From Acidimicrobiia bacterium (lineage in GTDB: Bacteria > Actinomycetota > Acidimicrobiia > IMCC26256 > JAOSJL01): a stretch of DNA of 64,000 bases. A model generated the notes under the pieces. The model saw only the letters and a list, made by a program, of their open reading frames with translations. It had not been told where the DNA came from and did not search any database. How positions within the stretch are numbered: the stretch's first letter is position 1; each line of letters begins with the position of its first letter. The position numbers and the translations under genes are program-made. This document shows, in pieces, positions 1 to 9,559 of the stretch. The DNA lies in the NCBI GenBank assembly GCA_041394025.1, contig JAWKJA010000002.1:1272021-1336020 (forward strand). Reading direction: 5' to 3'.

Positions 1-1045
1 TGACTCCCACGAGGCCGGCGCCATTGCGGAGCTCGACGCGGGGGCGGGACCCGTCGGGAGCCATGACGGCGCCGGGGAACAGGCTGTCGAGGGTGGCGGG
101 GATGTCGTCGTCGCGCAGGCGGAAGCGCTCGTCGTCGCCGCTTCCGACGGGCTCCACCGGGAGTGTCTCGACGTGCACGCCGCCCGCTGCCGCCTCTACG
201 AGGGGCTCGAGGCCCGGTGCACCCGCCAGGACGCCATCGGCCACGCCGGTGTCGGCGGACATCGCGGCGAGGAGTCCCTCGAGGACGGCCTGGGCGGTGA
301 CGAGATCGTCCAGTTCGCTGCCTTCGCCGGGGAGGAGGAGCAGTCGACCGGCGTCCTGGCCGCTGATCGTCTGGTTGCCGGCGGGGAACGACACGCGGCC
401 GTCGTCGGTGTCGATCGTCACGGGCTCGCGCAGCCGGACGTCGACCGCCGGAACGGCCGCGAGGGTGGCCGACAGGTCGAGAGTCGGCACCATGGTGGCG
501 TCACCGCTGCGGACGCCCAGGGCGTTCGACACACTCAGGGGGAGGAGACCGCCCGGCTCACCGACCTCGACCGGCACCTCCCGCAGCGGCCGCGGCCCGA
601 GCGAGGGGACCTCCACCTGCGTTCCGACGGGGACGAGCAGCAGCGACGGGCCCCCGTCGGCGTTCTCACCCACGAGGACCAGCAGCGACGCTGTCCCGTC
701 GGGATCCACGGAGCCGATGAGATGCGTCGTGGTCTCCTCGACCGCCGCGGGCTCGGAAGCAGCCGGTGCGTCCGGCGGCGTGCCGGACCGGTCCGTGAGG
801 CGGCTCACGGCCACCGTCGTGGCGGCGAGCAGCACCACGACGAGGAGTACGAGCAGCGCGACCCGGACACGGCGCCGGCGACGCCGGAGTTGCCGCCTGC
901 TTCGTCGCGGAAGGGGAGCGGCGGCGGGTTCCGGGCCGTCGTAGAGGGGATCGACATCGACGATGACCGGATCGTCGTCGCCCACGCGTGGCAGAGGAGG
1001 TGTGATCGGCCGCTCCGTGAGCGTGGTTCCCGAGCCCTCAACCAT
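1..1045 (-). CDS. membrane-anchored LytR_C / LCP-like cell-envelope protein, partial (C-terminus lies beyond the window start)
   Basis: Absent from the ORF track because it runs off the window. My manual minus-strand translation from the ATG at 1045 is stop-free down to position 2: MVEGSGTTLTERPITPPLPRVGDDDPVIVDVDPLYDG...RRRRRRVRVALLVLLVVVLLAATTVAVS.... An Arg-rich segment is followed by one hydrophobic helix and an extracytoplasmic part ending ...RPRVELRNGAGLVGV, which resembles LytR_C domains. The start overlaps the nadD stop (ATGGTTGA). Confidence 0.5.
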   Translation of the reverse strand, partial: MVEGSGTTLTERPITPPLPRVGDDDPVIVDVDPLYDGPEPAAAPLPRRSRRQLRRRRRRVRVALLVLLVVVLLAATTVAVSRLTDRSGTPPDAPAASEPAAVEETTTHLIGSVDPDGTASLLVLVGENADGGPSLLLVPVGTQVEVPSLGPRPLREVPVEVGEPGGLLPLSVSNALGVRSGDATMVPTLDLSATLAAVPAVDVRLREPVTIDTDDGRVSFPAGNQTISGQDAGRLLLLPGEGSELDDLVTAQAVLEGLLAAMSADTGVADGVLAGAPGLEPLVEAAAGGVHVETLPVEPVGSGDDERFRLRDDDIPATLDSLFPGAVMAPDGSRPRVELRNGAGLVGV

Positions 1046-1667
1046 CGCGCGCAGTGTAGAGGTGTCGCTGCGCGATCTGGCGTACCACAGCCGGCGGAAG
1101 GAGCCCGCCCACGGGCCGGCCTGCGGCCAGGCGCTCGCGGATACCGTGGGAGCTGATGTCGAGGCGGGCGACGTCGACGGTTTCCACGCGTCCGGCCAGG
1201 TTCTGGGGGACGCCGGTGCCGACGTCGGCGTCGGTGCTCCTCTCGAACGCCACGACCGTCGCCAGGTCCCAGAGGGACTCCGCACGGTGCCACGTGTGGA
1301 GGGTGCGGAGAGCGTCGGTTCCGAGGAGCAGAAAGAGCTCACGGTCGGGCGCCGAGAGCAGCTCGAGTGTCTCGACGGTGTAGCTCGGCCCGGAGCGTCG
1401 TATCTCGACGTCGCTGACCTCGAGGCCGTCGATGCCCGCCACGGCCGTTTCGACCATCGCCAGGCGTTCCGCAGCGGGCGCTTCCACCGTCCCGGCCTTC
1501 TGCCAGGGCTCACCCGCCGGAATCATGACGACGGAGTCGAGTTCGAGCGCGTGGCCGGCGTCGAGTGCCGCGGCGATGTGGCCGTTGTGGACGGGGTCGA
1601 AGGTTCCCCCGAAGACACCGAGTCGGGTCACGTCACCATCTCCACCCCCGCCATAGCCTCGATACAC
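1038..1667 (-). CDS. nadD: nicotinate-nucleotide adenylyltransferase
   Basis: 209-aa ORF with the nucleotidyltransferase motif LGVFGGTFDPVHNGHI. Conserved position downstream of proA. Confidence 0.9.
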   Translation of the reverse strand: MYRGYGGGGDGDVTRLGVFGGTFDPVHNGHIAAALDAGHALELDSVVMIPAGEPWQKAGTVEAPAAERLAMVETAVAGIDGLEVSDVEIRRSGPSYTVETLELLSAPDRELFLLLGTDALRTLHTWHRAESLWDLATVVAFERSTDADVGTGVPQNLAGRVETVDVARLDISSHGIRERLAAGRPVGGLLPPAVVRQIAQRHLYTARDG

Positions 1668-1702
1668 CGGTGGGGCCCGCGACGGTCCTCTACCATCACG
1701 AC

Positions 1703-2428
1703 GTGCCCATCGAGTCGTCGGGCTCCGACGAGTCCGTGTACGTGCTCCTCCAGGTTCGGCTTCCCGACCGCCCGGGTGGCCTCGGGCTCGTGGCCTCGCG
1801 CATCGGTGCCCTGCGCGGCGACATCGTCGACGTGACGGTTCTCGATCACCGCTCGGCGTCTGCGGTCGACCAGCTCACGGTGCGCTTGGGGTCGGCCGAC
1901 CACCTCCGGATGGTCGTGCGCGAGGTCGAGGAGGTCGACGGGGTCACCGTGGAGGCGGCCCGGCTCGTTGCCGATCCCCGGGATCCCGGAGCGGAGACAC
2001 TCCGCACGATCTCGGCACTGCTCGAGGCCCACAACGTCTCCGAGCTCCAGCGCAGCCTCGCCCACGGCATCCGGCGGCGCTTCGTGGCCGAGTGGGCGAT
2101 GGTCGTGACCGCCGATGCCGTGGTGGCGACCTCGGGCCCGGCACCGGCGCTGTCGGGCATCCCCGGCGCGCGCCCTGCAACCGGCAACGAAGGTGGCGAA
2201 GCGGACGGCAGCGACGCCGCCGACGGCGAGAGCACGGGCGACCCCGGCGTCGACCACGGTGACGGGACCCTCGCCGGGGGCACCATCGCCCGGGGGCTGT
2301 TGCCCGAGCACGGCGCCGAGGTCCTCGTCGGGCGACCCGACCACCCTTTCTACCCCCGCGAGTGCGCCATGGTCCGGATCATGAGCCGGATGGCCGACGC
2401 CGTGTGGGGTCACCACGACTCTCGGTAG
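1703..2428 (+). CDS. ACT-domain-containing protein of unknown function
   Basis: Plus-strand ORF (track 1565..2428) with high third-position GC. The segment VYVLLQVRLPDRPGGLGLVASRIGALRGDIVDVTVL looks like an ACT fold start. The overlapping minus-strand ORF 1628..2437 looks like antisense junk. The GTG at 1703 was chosen because upstream codons would overlap the nadD start; the start is uncertain. Confidence 0.5.
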   Translation: MPIESSGSDESVYVLLQVRLPDRPGGLGLVASRIGALRGDIVDVTVLDHRSASAVDQLTVRLGSADHLRMVVREVEEVDGVTVEAARLVADPRDPGAETLRTISALLEAHNVSELQRSLAHGIRRRFVAEWAMVVTADAVVATSGPAPALSGIPGARPATGNEGGEADGSDAADGESTGDPGVDHGDGTLAGGTIARGLLPEHGAEVLVGRPDHPFYPRECAMVRIMSRMADAVWGHHDSR

Positions 2429-2438
2429 GTCGGGCACG

Positions 2439-3851
2439 TCACGTGTCGATCACGGCGGTGACGAACCGTTCGAGCTGGCGCAGGTTGCGGCACTCGTAGA
2501 CCCCGTCGCAGTGCGGCGCGTACTCCCCGACGACGGAGTCTCCGCTGTCCCAGTAGCCGCGGGGCTCGGGATTGAGCCAGTAGACGTGACGTCCGCGCTT
2601 GCGGAGATCCTCGAGGACCCAGGCCTGTGTGGCGTGGTAGTTGTTGCGCGCGTCGCCGAGCACGAGTACGGAGGTCTTCGGGGTGACCTCGCGGGCGTGG
2701 CGCTCGTGGAAGACCTCGAGGGCGTGCCCGTAGTCGGAGTGACCGTCGACCCACACGACATCGGCCTCGGTGTTGACCCTCTGGACGGCGTCGGCGACGT
2801 CGTCGGACTCCTCGAAGAAGCGGGTGACCTCGTCGATCCCGTCGATGAACACCCAGGAGCGAACACGCGAGAACTGACTCGCCATGGCGTGCACGAACTG
2901 GAGCGTGAAGCGGGCGAAGCTGGCCACCGAGCCCGAGATGTCGGCCACCACCATGATCTCGGGCTTCGACGGGCGGGGATTCCGGAACTTCGGCTCGGCC
3001 GGTACGCCGCCGTACGACAGTGAGTGACGAACGGTGGAGCGGAAGTCGAGGTGACCCCGGTTACGCCGCTTCCGCCGCTGCGCCAGCCGCGCGGCCAGAG
3101 CGCGGGTCAACGGGTAGATGGCCCGCTGCAGGGCCAGCATCTCCACGCGCGAGGCGTGCATGAACTCGGCGTCCTCGGGAAGTGGCTTGCGCAGCGTTCG
3201 CGCCATCGCCTCCGGACCGCGGTCGGCGACGAGGCGGCGACGGATCTCCTCCTCCACCAGCTCACGAAGAACCCCGACGCGACGCTCCGACTCCTCGCGG
3301 GCCAGACGCTCGGCCAGTGGGTCGGCGTCCTCGACGTCGGCGTCGTCCTGCTCGGCCGACACGAGACGCTCGAGCAGATCGTCGACGTCGAGCTGCCGCA
3401 GCGTTCGGTACAGGTAGTAGGTGCCGCCGACGGGACGACCGGGCTCCATACCGGCGAACCGCCCCACGGCGTCGGCGGCGAGGGCACGCAGCTCGTCGCG
3501 GTCCATCCCGCCGAGCGCCGCCACGATCAGATCGCGTAGCTCGTCGTCGGAGAGCTGGTCGCCCGCTCCCCCGCCACCCGGTGCGCCACCGGCGGCTGAC
3601 CGCTCACCGTCGTCGTCAGCCTCGGCGGGCGACGAGCCCAGCAGCGAGAAGTAGACGTCGAACACGGTGTCGAAGGCCGGCCGGTGCCTGTGGTGCTTGA
3701 TGAGCGTTGCGGCCAGGACGGCGCGAAGCGCCTCGCGGTCTTCGAGGCCGATGTGGCGCACCGCCTCCATCGCATCGAGGTTCTCCGTCATCGAGACGGG
3801 GAGACCCGCCGCGCGGAGCTCGTGCACGAAGCCCTGGAGGACGTCGAGCAT
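2439..3851 (-). CDS. VWA-domain CoxE-like protein (MoxR partner)
   Basis: C-terminal 470 aa of track ORF 2439..4613. It starts MLDVLQGFVHELRAAGLPVSMTENLDAMEAV, a typical CoxE/VWA N-terminus, and sits immediately downstream of a MoxR ATPase. An alternative TTG start at 3920 overlaps the MoxR stop. Confidence 0.8.
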   Translation of the reverse strand: MLDVLQGFVHELRAAGLPVSMTENLDAMEAVRHIGLEDREALRAVLAATLIKHHRHRPAFDTVFDVYFSLLGSSPAEADDDGERSAAGGAPGGGGAGDQLSDDELRDLIVAALGGMDRDELRALAADAVGRFAGMEPGRPVGGTYYLYRTLRQLDVDDLLERLVSAEQDDADVEDADPLAERLAREESERRVGVLRELVEEEIRRRLVADRGPEAMARTLRKPLPEDAEFMHASRVEMLALQRAIYPLTRALAARLAQRRKRRNRGHLDFRSTVRHSLSYGGVPAEPKFRNPRPSKPEIMVVADISGSVASFARFTLQFVHAMASQFSRVRSWVFIDGIDEVTRFFEESDDVADAVQRVNTEADVVWVDGHSDYGHALEVFHERHAREVTPKTSVLVLGDARNNYHATQAWVLEDLRKRGRHVYWLNPEPRGYWDSGDSVVGEYAPHCDGVYECRNLRQLERFVTAVIDT

Positions 3852-3916
3852 GGCGGCGTCGTCGTGCAGCGTCGCGCCCGACGCGTTCAGGCCCGGGAAA
3901 CGGTACGAGCGCAGGC

Positions 3917-4816
3917 TCAACCGACCGTTCCGCCCGCGCCCAGTGGGTTCTTGGCGTCGGCCCCGAGCTCGCTGCGCGCCTTGGCGATGTCGGACTGGTA
4001 CTTGAGCAGCACGTGCAGCGTCTCCTCGAGCACGCCGGCGTCGATCTCGTGGCGACCCAGGAACAGGAGCGTGCGGGCCCAGTCGATCGTCTCGGAGATC
4101 GACGGCGCCTTCTTGAGGTCGAGCGCGCGCACCGACCGCACGACAGCGGCCACCTGCCGCGCGAGGTCTTCGTCGATCTCGGGGACGCGTACGCGTACGA
4201 TCTCGCGTTCCCGGTCGAGGTCGGGGTAGTCGACGTGCAGGTAGAGACACCGGCGCTTCAGGGCCTCGGACAGCTCCCGGGTGTTGTTGGAGGTGAGGAA
4301 CACCGCCGGGCGCTGGGTGCCCTTGATCGTGCCGAGTTCGGGGATCGAGACCTGGAAATCGGAGAGCACCTCGAGGAGAAGCGCCTCGGTCTCCACCTCG
4401 ACGCGGTCGACCTCGTCGATCAGCAGAACCACGGGCTCCTCGGAGCGGATCGCCTCGAGAAGTGGGCGGGTGAGGAGGAACTGCTCCGAGAAGATGTCGG
4501 ACTCGACCTCGGCCCAACTCGCCTCGTGCTCGCGGTCGGCCTGAATCCGCAGGAGCTGCTTCTTGTAGTTCCACTCGTAGAGCGCCTTCGACTCGTCGAG
4601 GCCCTCGTAGCACTGGAGGCGGATGAGCCGCGATCCCGACACCGTGGCCACGGCCTTGGCGAGCTCGGTCTTGCCGACGCCGGCGGGACCCTCGACGAGC
4701 ACCGGCTTTCCGAGCTTCTCGGCGAGAAAGACGACGCCGGCGATGCCCGACTCGGCGAGGTAGTCGGCGTCGCGCAGGCGTTCCACGACGTCGTCGACGG
4801 ACTCGAAGGCCGTCAT
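3917..4816 (-). CDS. MoxR-family AAA+ ATPase
   Basis: Starts at MTAFESV within track ORF 3917..5335. Walker A VLVEGPAGVGKTELAK, Walker B LLIDEVDR. About 299 aa, typical MoxR size. Confidence 0.88.
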   Translation of the reverse strand: MTAFESVDDVVERLRDADYLAESGIAGVVFLAEKLGKPVLVEGPAGVGKTELAKAVATVSGSRLIRLQCYEGLDESKALYEWNYKKQLLRIQADREHEASWAEVESDIFSEQFLLTRPLLEAIRSEEPVVLLIDEVDRVEVETEALLLEVLSDFQVSIPELGTIKGTQRPAVFLTSNNTRELSEALKRRCLYLHVDYPDLDREREIVRVRVPEIDEDLARQVAAVVRSVRALDLKKAPSISETIDWARTLLFLGRHEIDAGVLEETLHVLLKYQSDIAKARSELGADAKNPLGAGGTVG

Positions 4817-4844
4817 CGCTGCTCGCTCATGGTCGCCTGTTCCG

Positions 4845-6119
4845 TCACTCCCGGACCTGTCCGTCACCCCAGAGCAGGTACTTGGTGGTGGTGAGCTCGC
4901 GGAGGCCCATCGGGCCGCGGGCGTGGAGCTTCTGGGTCGAGATCCCGATCTCCGCTCCGAAACCGAAGAACTCACCGTCGGTGAACCGGGTGGACGCGTT
5001 GACCACGATCGCCGCGGCGTCGACGCGCTCGGCGAACTGTCGGGCCGCGGCGAGCTCGGTCGTGACGATGGCTTCGGTGTGCCCGGAGCTGTGGCGATTG
5101 ACGTGGTCGATGGCTGCGTCGAGTGATGCGACGACACCGACGGACATCTCGAGAGCGAGGAACTCCCTGCTGAAGTCGGCATCGGTGGCCGAGCCCATCC
5201 CGGACACGATGGCGCGCGCTGCGTCGTCACCGACGAGCGTGACACCTTCATCGACGAGCGCGGATGCGACCCGGGGAAGGAACTCACCCGCGATGTCGGC
5301 GTGAACGATGAGGGACTCGGCGGCGTTGCACACACTCGGGCGCTGGGTCTTCGCGTTCACCACGATCCGAGTGGCCGTGTCGAGATCGGCGTCCTTGTCG
5401 ACGTAGACCTGGCAGTTGCCGTCGCCGTCGACGATCACGGGCACGGTGGCGTGCTCCGCGATGCTGGCGAGGAGCGCCGGCCCGCCACGGGGGATCAGGC
5501 AGTCGACGTAGCCCTCGAGCTGCATGACCGCCGCCGCCGTCTCGTGCGAGGTGTCCTCGACGAGGAGCACGGAGTCCTCCGGCAGCCCGGCCTTTCGGGC
5601 CGCGGCGCGCAACACGGCCGCCACGGCCGTGTTGGACCGCAGGGCCGTGGACGAACCCCGCAGCAGGGAAGCGTTGCCCGACTTGAGGCACAGGCCGGCG
5701 GCGTCGCTCGTGACATTGGGCCGGTTCTCATAGATGATGGCGAGGACCCCGAGGGGAACCCGCACCTTCTCGATGACGACGCCGTTGGCCCGCCGGGTCC
5801 CGCCGACGATCTCCCCGACAGGGTCTTCGAGACCCGCGACGGTGCGGAGCCCCGCCGCCATCGACTCGAGGCGCTCTTCGTCGAGCCGGAGCCGGTCGAG
5901 CGGCGTGCCGCCCACACCCTCGGACCGGGCAGTGTCGAGGTCTCCGGCGTTGGCCTCGAGGATCTCGGGTGCCCGCTCGCCCAGGAGCTCCGCGGCGACG
6001 AGGAGGGCGTTGTTCTTCGTGTCGGTCGAGGCGACGGCCAGAGCCCGTGAGGCCTCGCGTGCACGACGGCCGAGATCGACGACGGCATCGGGAAGGGTGG
6101 CGGAGCGCACGGGCATCAC
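4845..6119 (-). CDS. proA: glutamate-5-semialdehyde dehydrogenase (gamma-glutamyl phosphate reductase)
   Basis: 424-aa ORF, aldehyde dehydrogenase-like, with the ...VCNAAESLIVH... region. Follows proB. Confidence 0.93.
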   Translation of the reverse strand: MMPVRSATLPDAVVDLGRRAREASRALAVASTDTKNNALLVAAELLGERAPEILEANAGDLDTARSEGVGGTPLDRLRLDEERLESMAAGLRTVAGLEDPVGEIVGGTRRANGVVIEKVRVPLGVLAIIYENRPNVTSDAAGLCLKSGNASLLRGSSTALRSNTAVAAVLRAAARKAGLPEDSVLLVEDTSHETAAAVMQLEGYVDCLIPRGGPALLASIAEHATVPVIVDGDGNCQVYVDKDADLDTATRIVVNAKTQRPSVCNAAESLIVHADIAGEFLPRVASALVDEGVTLVGDDAARAIVSGMGSATDADFSREFLALEMSVGVVASLDAAIDHVNRHSSGHTEAIVTTELAAARQFAERVDAAAIVVNASTRFTDGEFFGFGAEIGISTQKLHARGPMGLRELTTTKYLLWGDGQVRE

Positions 6120-6220
6120 ACAAGCCTACTTCGCCCCGTGTGCAGGGCCCCCCGGTATCGGGCCGTCGGCCGTCCCGTCGCACGCACACCGGCCGCCAGG
6201 AGAACCATCAGGAGAAGTCG

Positions 6221-7309
6221 TCAGGGGAGAACGACGAGGTCGTCGCGGTGCACGACCTCCTGCGGGTCCCCCTCGTCGAGGTCGTCGGTTCGTCGCCCGG
6301 CAATGCGTTCCAACTCGCGGACCGGATAGCGCACGAGACCCTTGGCAAAGACCTGACCGTCGGAACCGACGATCTCCACGGCGTCGCCGTTGCCGAACGT
6401 GCCCTCCACGGACAGAACACCGGCAGGGAGGAGCGAACGACCGTCGTTCACGAGGGCGGAGCGAGCGCCGTCGTCGACGGTGATCCGGCCCTCGGCGCCA
6501 CGGGCGAAGGCGATCCACAACTTCCGGCTCGGGAGCTTCCGGTCGTGCGGTCGCACGACGGTGCCCGACGGACGGCCGTCGAGAACACCGCTGACAGCGT
6601 CGTCGGCGTGCGCCGCGGTGATCACGACCTGGACGCCGGACCACGACGCGATCTTCGCGGCTGCCAACTTGCTCGCCATCCCCCCACTCCCGCGGTCGGT
6701 GCCGGCCCCCCCCGCCGCCGCCTCCAGGGCGTCGTCGACCTCCACGATCTCCTCGATGAGCGAGGCTTCCGCGTCGATGCGGGGGTCGGCGGTGAACAGC
6801 CCCGGCGTGTCGGTGAGCAGGATCAGGGCATCGGCATCCACGAGGTGGGCCACGAGGGCCGCCAGGCGGTCGTTGTCGCCGTAGCGGATCTCGTCGACGG
6901 CCACGGTGTCGTTCTCGTTGACGACCGGGAGGACCCCGAGGTCGAGAAGCCGGGCGAGCGTCGACCGGGCGTGCAGGTACTGCGTTCGGTGCCCGAAGTC
7001 GAACGGGGTGAGCAGCACCTGGCCCGCGACCACCCCCGAGGACCCGAGCAGTGCACTCACCCGCTCCATCAGCCGCGGCTGGCCGACCGCGGCGACGGCC
7101 TGGAGTGCCGCCACGTCGGTGGGCCGCTCGGCCATCCCGAGAGCGGGAAGCCCCGCCGCGATCGCCCCCGAGGTGACGAGAACCACCCGGTGACCATCGC
7201 GCCGTGCGGCCGCGAGGTCGGCGCACAGCTTGACCATCGCGGCAGCATCGAGCTCCCCGCGTTCGTCGGTGATCGACGACGTCCCGACCTTCACGACGAC
7301 CGTGCTCAT
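6221..7309 (-). CDS. proB: glutamate 5-kinase with C-terminal PUA domain
   Basis: 362 aa, MSTVVVKVGTSSITDERGELD..., amino-acid kinase fold plus a PUA-like C-terminus. ATGA overlap with the obg stop. Confidence 0.93.
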   Translation of the reverse strand: MSTVVVKVGTSSITDERGELDAAAMVKLCADLAAARRDGHRVVLVTSGAIAAGLPALGMAERPTDVAALQAVAAVGQPRLMERVSALLGSSGVVAGQVLLTPFDFGHRTQYLHARSTLARLLDLGVLPVVNENDTVAVDEIRYGDNDRLAALVAHLVDADALILLTDTPGLFTADPRIDAEASLIEEIVEVDDALEAAAGGAGTDRGSGGMASKLAAAKIASWSGVQVVITAAHADDAVSGVLDGRPSGTVVRPHDRKLPSRKLWIAFARGAEGRITVDDGARSALVNDGRSLLPAGVLSVEGTFGNGDAVEIVGSDGQVFAKGLVRYPVRELERIAGRRTDDLDEGDPQEVVHRDDLVVLP

Positions 7310-8598
7310 ACGGGCCCTCCGGGCGCGGTGCTGTACTCGAGCTCGATGTCGCCGACGCGCACCGTGTCACCCTCCGACACTCCGGCACGTTCCAGGGCGC
7401 GCTCGACACCCATGCGGCGGAAACGGCCCTGCACGTAGTCGATCGCCTCGGCGTTCGTGAGATCAGCCATGGCGACCACCCGTTCTGCCTGCCGTCCGGT
7501 GACCCGCAACGTACCGTCGTCGTCACGGACCACGGAGAACCCCTCCTCGGTGGGCCGGTGCACCACGAACGCCGCACGTTCGGGCTCGAGGAGGCGCGCG
7601 GCCTCGACGGCCTCGGCCAGGGCTCCGAGAAACGGGTCGAGGCCCTCACCGGTGACCGCCGAGACACGGAACCGGTCGGGACCCTCCTCGAGACCGAACG
7701 CCGCGACGTCGCTCTTGTTGCCGACGACGATCCGGGGACGTTCCAGGAGCTCGGGGCGGTAGCGGCGCAACTCGTCGAGCAGGACCGTCTCCTGGTGCTC
7801 CGGGTCGACACCCCCCACCTCGGCGAGGTCGAGGACGAGGACGAGGACACGGGCCCGCTCGGTGTGGCGGAGGAATTCGTGACCGAGGCCCCGTCCCTCG
7901 GCGGCCCCCTCGACGATCCCGGGGATGTCGGCCAGGACGAATTCGTGCTCGTGGAACCGGACGACCCCGAGGTGCGGCTCGAGCGTCGTGAACGGGTAGT
8001 CGGCGATCCGGGGCCGCGCGGCACTCACACGCGAGATCAGCGTGGACTTGCCGGCGTTGGGAAAGCCGACCAGGGCCGCGTCGGCCAGAAGGCGCAGCTC
8101 CAGCTCGAGCCAGATCTCCTCGCCGTACTCCCCCTGTTCGGCGAAACCGGGGGCCCGTCGGGCGTTCGTGAGAAAGCGCGCGTTGCCGGCTCCTCCCTGT
8201 CCCCCACGGGCGGCGACGTAGCGGTCACCGTGGCCCACGAGGTCGGCGAGCAGCGCACCGTTACGGTCGCGCACCGTGGTTCCCGGAGGCACCCGAACCT
8301 CGAGGTCGTCACCCGAAGCACCCCGACGCTTCGTGCCGCCCCCGTGGCTCCCCGAGGCCGCACGCCGGTGGGGGTGATCGCGAAAGGCGAGCAGCGATGC
8401 CACGTTGCGGTCGGCCACGAGCACGACGTCCCCGCCGCGGCCACCGTCGCCCCCGTCGGGGCCCCCACGGGGGGTGTGCGCCTCACGGCGGAAGGACACC
8501 GACCCGGCGCCACCATCGCCGGCGCGCACGTTGAGCTGCGCGCGGTCGACGAACTGCCCGCGGCCTACCCGACTGCGATCTCTGTCGGAGCGTCCCAC
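7306..8598 (-). CDS. obg: GTPase Obg/CgtA
   Basis: FVDRAQLNVRAGDGGAGSVSFRREAH...GGPDGGDGGRGGDV glycine-rich Obg fold. G1 motif GFPNAGKST and a C-terminal OCT-like domain. The exact start (GTG at 8598) is uncertain. Confidence 0.92.
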   Translation of the reverse strand: MGRSDRDRSRVGRGQFVDRAQLNVRAGDGGAGSVSFRREAHTPRGGPDGGDGGRGGDVVLVADRNVASLLAFRDHPHRRAASGSHGGGTKRRGASGDDLEVRVPPGTTVRDRNGALLADLVGHGDRYVAARGGQGGAGNARFLTNARRAPGFAEQGEYGEEIWLELELRLLADAALVGFPNAGKSTLISRVSAARPRIADYPFTTLEPHLGVVRFHEHEFVLADIPGIVEGAAEGRGLGHEFLRHTERARVLVLVLDLAEVGGVDPEHQETVLLDELRRYRPELLERPRIVVGNKSDVAAFGLEEGPDRFRVSAVTGEGLDPFLGALAEAVEAARLLEPERAAFVVHRPTEEGFSVVRDDDGTLRVTGRQAERVVAMADLTNAEAIDYVQGRFRRMGVERALERAGVSEGDTVRVGDIELEYSTAPGGPV

Positions 8599-8682
8599 GG
8601 GGTCAAGGATACGAAAGCACCCGGCAGCCGACCGTCCTGAATCTCACCGCCGGGCCGCGTGGAGCCGGGCGGGCAGGACGGG

Positions 8683-8943
8683 TCAGGACCCCGGCGTCTC
8701 CACCACGTCGATGAGCTGGCGCCCGCGACGTGAGCCGAACGACACGGTGCCGTCGCTCGTGGCGAAGAGGGTGTCGTCCCTGCCCTTGCCGACGTTCTCG
8801 CCGGGGTGGAACTTCGTACCGCGCTGGCGCACGAGGATCGCTCCCGCCCGGACCTGCGTTCCGCTGAAGACCTTCACACCCAGCCGCTGGGCTGCGGAGT
8901 CGCGACCGTTGCGGGACGACGAGGCACCCTTCTTCTTCGACAT
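8683..8943 (-). CDS. rpmA: 50S ribosomal protein L27
   Basis: [48 protein letters not shown]. This is the C-terminal 86 aa of track ORF 8683..9201. Confidence 0.95.
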   Translation of the reverse strand: MSKKKGASSSRNGRDSAAQRLGVKVFSGTQVRAGAILVRQRGTKFHPGENVGKGRDDTLFATSDGTVSFGSRRGRQLIDVVETPGS

Positions 8944-9446
8944 CAGTCGTTCTCCTTCGTGTCCGGGGCCTTCTTCGCTGTCGCCTTCTTGGCCGGGGAC
9001 TTCTTCACCGGCGACTTCTTCACTGCGGGCTTCTTCGCTGCGGGCTTCTTCGCTGCGGGCTTCTTCGCCGGGGACTTCTTCGCTGCGGGCTTCTTCGCCG
9101 GGGACTTCTTCGCTGCGGGCTTCTTCGCCGGGGACGTCGCTCCACCGGGCACGTCGATCGAGGTGATCTCGATCACGGAGAGATCCTGGCGGTGGCCCCA
9201 CCGCCTCCGCTGGTTGCTCTTGTTCTTGTAGGTGAAGCCCGTGATCTTCGGGCCGCGCGTGTCGCCGACCACCCGCGCTCTCACCGTGGTGCCCTCGAGG
9301 TCAGCGGGCTTCGCCCGCACGGAGTCGCCGTCGACGACCATCAGCGGTGTGAGCTCGAGCTCGTCGCCCACGACGCGCTCGACCTCCAGCGTCTGGCCCT
9401 TCTCGACCCGGAACTGCTTTCCGCCGGTTCGGATGACTGCGTACAC
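8943..9446 (-). CDS. rplU: 50S ribosomal protein L21 with a Lys/Ala/Pro-rich repeat tail
   Basis: [25 protein letters not shown]... L21 core of about 100 aa, followed by about 60 aa of [10 protein letters not shown]-type repeats. Confidence 0.93.
   Translation of the reverse strand: MYAVIRTGGKQFRVEKGQTLEVERVVGDELELTPLMVVDGDSVRAKPADLEGTTVRARVVGDTRGPKITGFTYKNKSNQRRRWGHRQDLSVIEITSIDVPGGATSPAKKPAAKKSPAKKPAAKKSPAKKPAAKKPAAKKPAVKKSPVKKSPAKKATAKKAPDTKEND
8970..9134 (-). repeat. 11 tandem 15-nt units, the last six forming three perfect 30-nt copies, encoding the L21 AKP tail
   Basis: Plus-strand units cttcttcNNNNNggg/gga begin every 15 nt from 8970 to 9120. The 30-mer cttcttcgctgcgggcttcttcgccgggga is identical at 9045, 9075 and 9105. 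Confidence 0.9.
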
Positions 9447-9559
9447 GCGCGTGGGACCTCGAGTGGAACCAATGGGACCCGACAGGTTACCCCGCCGCTC
9501 GTCGGTGGCCCCAGCCGGGGCTTTCCTTCCCCGACTCGTTCCCCGGCCGTCCCACCGGG

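Noticed and set aside
2439-4816. MoxR ATPase plus VWA/CoxE pair between proA and nadD considered as a novel insertion
   Set aside because: MoxR-VWA pairs are a widespread, well-known two-gene module. As far as I recall, the same placement near proA/nadD occurs in other Actinobacteria. Composition matches the flanks. Ordinary.
8970-9134. Perfect 30-nt tandem repeats considered as a possible CRISPR array or minisatellite
   Set aside because: The repeats are directly adjacent with no spacers and lie in frame inside rplU, encoding the PAKK tail. This is a coding tandem repeat, not a CRISPR array.
9447-9559. Possible r-protein leader or terminator structure between rne and rplU (ccgggg...ccccgg)
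   Set aside because: The 6-bp stem encloses a loop of about 20 nt, and the inner pairing is weak. I cannot match it to a known L21 leader by eye. Left unreported as a feature.
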